Origin: Opitutales bacterium
GTDB taxonomy: Bacteria > Verrucomicrobiota > Verrucomicrobiia > Opitutales > JABSRG01
Direction of reading: 5' to 3'
Assembly: GCA_049599475.1 (NCBI GenBank)
Contig: JBMYOQ010000015.1
Span: forward strand, 13,649-77,648
Length of the DNA: 64,000 bases
Position numbers and translations under genes: made by a program. The notes beneath the pieces are model-generated. The model saw only the letters and a program-made list of their open reading frames with translations. It was not told where the DNA came from and made no database searches. This document shows, in pieces, positions 60,946 through 64,000 of this stretch; the stretch's first letter is position 1, and every line of letters begins with the position of its first letter.

Positions 60946-62037
60946 ATGCGGTATCTTATATTCTTTATGGTCGAAGACTTATCGAACCCCAGACTACAAG
61001 GACTCGAGAAGGGCAATTGGTGCCTCGATGACTTTCAAATTTCATTCGAAAAGGGCATTTTAGAGCTCTCAGGTTGGTGCTTGGACCTGCCGGCTAGGGG
61101 AACGGGAAGTTTCTTTTTAAACGGAGTCGCTCTTTCCTCGGAAGTGACTCTCTTTGAGCGAGAAGATATCGATACTCTTTTTGGCTATGTTCCGAAATCA
61201 AGACCACGGGGATTTTCCATTCAATTGCCTCTCTCACGAGTAGGTTCGGTTGCCGAATGGCGATTGAATTATGGTCGATCTGGTGAGGGTATGCGTCAGG
61301 CTTATTTTGGGCCTGGGGTAGATTTTCTAAGAGAGAACGTCCTGTGGCCGAATGCAGATAGGCGTTTTCGTGTTCATGGATCCCGAGACCTCGAGCCCTT
61401 CATCTTAGAGGGACTGAGTTGTGCTAAAAAGATTGAGGCCCTCGCCGAGGCGTATTCGGAAATGCCGTTGAAGCAGTTAAATGTATTGGATTGGGGGTGC
61501 GGATGTGCACGTGTGGGCCGTTGGTTGCACGGGAAGTTCAAGGAGCTCTCAGGAGTGGACATCGATGCAGATAATGCTGCTTGGTGTCGTGAGTATTTCG
61601 ACTCGGGAGAGTGGAAAGGGTGTGAATTAAGTCCACCGCTACCATTTGACGGAGATACGTTTGACCTGCTTTATGGAGTGTCAGTCTTTACACATATTGC
61701 CGAATCGGCCCAGTCTATGTGGCTGAAAGAATTATCCCGTGTATTGAAGCCGAATGCTCTTGCATTGGTTAGTGTGCATGGGCCTAGCAGCGCAGCACGC
61801 TTTGGTCTGAGCGATACAAGTTGGGACGAGTGGAGGCGTTGTGGTATTTTGGACTTGGGGCCAAGTCGAGATTTGGAAGCGGTTTTTGGAGAACATGAGC
61901 ACTATCGAGGCACGCTCCACACAGAGGCTTATCTCAGAGACAACTGGTCTGAATTTTTTGAGGTTGAAGCTGTGGTTCCTGCTATATTTGGGAACCATCA
62001 AGATGTCGTTGTATTGAGGAATCGCGGAACAATATGA
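60946..62037 (+). CDS. Class I SAM-dependent methyltransferase with N-terminal extra domain
   Basis: VLDWGCGCARV, SVFTHI, ELSRVLKP, HQDVVV. Confidence 0.85.
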   Translation: MRYLIFFMVEDLSNPRLQGLEKGNWCLDDFQISFEKGILELSGWCLDLPARGTGSFFLNGVALSSEVTLFEREDIDTLFGYVPKSRPRGFSIQLPLSRVGSVAEWRLNYGRSGEGMRQAYFGPGVDFLRENVLWPNADRRFRVHGSRDLEPFILEGLSCAKKIEALAEAYSEMPLKQLNVLDWGCGCARVGRWLHGKFKELSGVDIDADNAAWCREYFDSGEWKGCELSPPLPFDGDTFDLLYGVSVFTHIAESAQSMWLKELSRVLKPNALALVSVHGPSSAARFGLSDTSWDEWRRCGILDLGPSRDLEAVFGEHEHYRGTLHTEAYLRDNWSEFFEVEAVVPAIFGNHQDVVVLRNRGTI

Positions 62038-62681
62038 AACACGCTCAAGAGGACGAAATGATCCTCAGCCTACACTTTCCGCGCTGTGCAGGGACTAGCT
62101 TCCGCTTATACCTAGAATCCGTTTTTGGGGATGCTCTCTTTCTAAACTATGGGGCTTTCAATTCACCCACATCTTCTGAGGACGTGATTCCCCCGGGCAC
62201 GCGCTGTATTCATGGCCATTTTAGAGGGCACGTTTTCGATGCAGTCTATCCGAATGCGAGGAAAATTACGTGGATTCGTCATCCGGTCGAGAGGACGTTA
62301 TCTAATTACTTCTTCTTTAAGAACGGCCCCGAGGTTGTTCATCCATTTGCTAAACCTGTTCGCAGTGGAGAAATGGGTATCGAAGAGTTCTGTATGCAAT
62401 CGCGAATGCTGGCCGAGTTTGAATACTATTTCCGTGATCGAGTGCTAAAAGATTTCTGCTGGGTTGGAATCGTTGAAGAGCCGGAAGCTTCGATGGCTTC
62501 ACTACAACAGGCCTTGGGGTTACCCCTCGGAAATTTAAAGGGAGTCAATGATGCGCGGCGGGATCGCGAATTGATAAGTTCTGAGCTACTTGAAAAGCTC
62601 GAGAGAGTCTATGCCCAGGAGATCGACATCTATGAGCGACAAAAAAACCGCCTCCTGCGAGATGCAAAAGGCGGCATTTAA
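62034..62681 (+). CDS. Sulfotransferase family protein
   Basis: LHFPRCAGTS (5'-PSB-like), GHF, IRHPVERTLS.Y (3'-PB). Confidence 0.82.
   Translation: MKHAQEDEMILSLHFPRCAGTSFRLYLESVFGDALFLNYGAFNSPTSSEDVIPPGTRCIHGHFRGHVFDAVYPNARKITWIRHPVERTLSNYFFFKNGPEVVHPFAKPVRSGEMGIEEFCMQSRMLAEFEYYFRDRVLKDFCWVGIVEEPEASMASLQQALGLPLGNLKGVNDARRDRELISSELLEKLERVYAQEIDIYERQKNRLLRDAKGGI
62641..62680 (-). terminator. Probable terminator for the 62710-63750 gene
   Basis: CCGCCT..AGGCGG stem with a T run on the minus strand. Confidence 0.55.
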
Positions 62682-62709
62682 ATCTTTAGAAAAGTCGCGA
62701 CGTATCGAA

Positions 62710-63750
62710 CTACTCTGTGAAATCGTAGACTTCGATCAGCGCAGTTCCAGTTCCTCCATCGGATCCAGTTACTTGTGCGCCGTATACGCCAGGGTCTAGT
62801 GTTAGCACCAATGCAGACTCGTTTGAATCTGACGGGGTAAAGCTGTTTGCCGAAAGCGTTGCTTGATCTGCTGCGCTTAGATCTTCCCAATCGTCGTTGG
62901 TAGCCCCTGTCACGGCTACGAATGAATTGGAATCTGTATCGAACCGGTAGATCAAAAGCGACGGGTCAGACAAGGGATCTGATACCGCTGCTGCGGGTAG
63001 TGAAGGACCCACTGCGCGAATACCTACTGTTCTTTGGGCTGAGCCAGCGATCGTAAATCCGCCGATGAGCGTGTTTCCGTCAGTTCCGGCGAACACTCGA
63101 GTCGAGAGCGCAGTTATCTTGGATACCGAACTGGTATCGAAATCATAGACCTCTGCGAGGCCGGCTCCTTCATCGCTTCCTTTACCTTCGAGCTGAGCGC
63201 CGTATGTTCCCGCTGAAAGCGATGCAACGATCACGGATTCTAGTGCGTTCGTTGGTGCAAAGTTGTTTGCTGTCAAAACCGCGCGATCTGCATCGGTAAG
63301 ACCTGTTTCCCAATCATCGTTGGTTTCCAATTCGGTCCAAGCGCCATCGACCAATTGGTATAGTCTTAGAAATGGATCTTCTAGAGTGTCTGGGATACTA
63401 GTACTTTGGAAGCTTGGGCCAGTACCTCGAATCACAACGGTTTTCTCTCCTGATCCGGTAATGATGAATCCGTTGATCATCGCACCTTCTCCAGAAGTCA
63501 CCAGAGCTCTTGTGGATACCGCGTAAAGCTTATCGTCAAGATCTGGAATCGAAGAAACGACGTCATCACTAGGAGGTGTGAGTGTATCTGTATCGAGAGT
63601 TGGTGGTGTGTCTGTTGGTGCGTCCAGACCATCCGGGTCATCCGGAGTAAAAGTTGGGGTATCCTGTGCGGATAAATACATGTATGGCACCAGTGCCATC
63701 AGGGAAACGGTTAGAAAACGCATAGATATTTGGGGTTTCTTAATATTCAC
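62710..63750 (-). CDS. Exported protein with two tandem verrucomicrobial surface domains
   Basis: Signal peptide, Pro/Thr/Asp linker, two repeats of xSTR..GF.I.G..IR..GPS..L.DP..NDDW..G.YGAQ..EVYDF. Confidence 0.8.
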   Translation of the reverse strand: MNIKKPQISMRFLTVSLMALVPYMYLSAQDTPTFTPDDPDGLDAPTDTPPTLDTDTLTPPSDDVVSSIPDLDDKLYAVSTRALVTSGEGAMINGFIITGSGEKTVVIRGTGPSFQSTSIPDTLEDPFLRLYQLVDGAWTELETNDDWETGLTDADRAVLTANNFAPTNALESVIVASLSAGTYGAQLEGKGSDEGAGLAEVYDFDTSSVSKITALSTRVFAGTDGNTLIGGFTIAGSAQRTVGIRAVGPSLPAAAVSDPLSDPSLLIYRFDTDSNSFVAVTGATNDDWEDLSAADQATLSANSFTPSDSNESALVLTLDPGVYGAQVTGSDGGTGTALIEVYDFTE

Positions 63751-64000
63751 GATGTAAAGATCGGCAATTGGGTTCGAAAATGGGATAATTTGCGCTAAAG
63801 ATTAATAGTTAGTATGATTGTCAATGCTCGTATAACGTAAATTGCGAGTCGAATCCTTTGTTAATTATAAAATTTCGTTATTTTTTTTACAAAAAATCGC
63901 TGATGGCATCACGAGTCGAAGGTGATGAGATCCTTGAAGGCGGCTCTTAACTAGGGGCTGTCTTCAAATTACCCCCGCATCCAGACAATAATTGAAGCGA

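Overview
Bacterial chromosomal window of about 52% GC by eye. It is most likely Verrucomicrobiota (Opitutales-like), judging from a PEP-CTERM protein, a DUF5069-like protein, short EF-Ts and 'xSTR...EVYD' surface domains. Most genes are housekeeping: rpmH-rnpA-yidD-yidC-yebC-metX-metW, lgt, rlmN, birA, frameshifted prfB, aas, cysE, rpsB-tsf, mgtE, purB and pfk. There are three TonB-dependent receptors (one under a TPP riboswitch) and a surface-protein/glycan-modification region at 50-64 kb. The most striking region is 40.6-47.2 kb. There an imuA-imuB-dnaE2 mutagenesis cassette and a divergent RAYT (HUH/Y1) transposase lie between imperfect ~30-41 bp inverted repeats, with more copies of the same motif inside. 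Synonymous-site strand composition flips sharply from C/A to G/T at the left repeat. Also notable: a 175 bp IS4-like MITE with an 11 bp target duplication inside a hairpin, an RRE-like/pseudo-M50/tandem-cNMP membrane protein, an ECF sigma with a VOC-domain anti-sigma candidate, an orphan CheB with a hybrid kinase, and GspC/PilP-like genes flanking a TBDR and a surface protein. No rRNA, tRNA or CRISPR array was seen. All family calls come from motif recognition by eye, not database searches.
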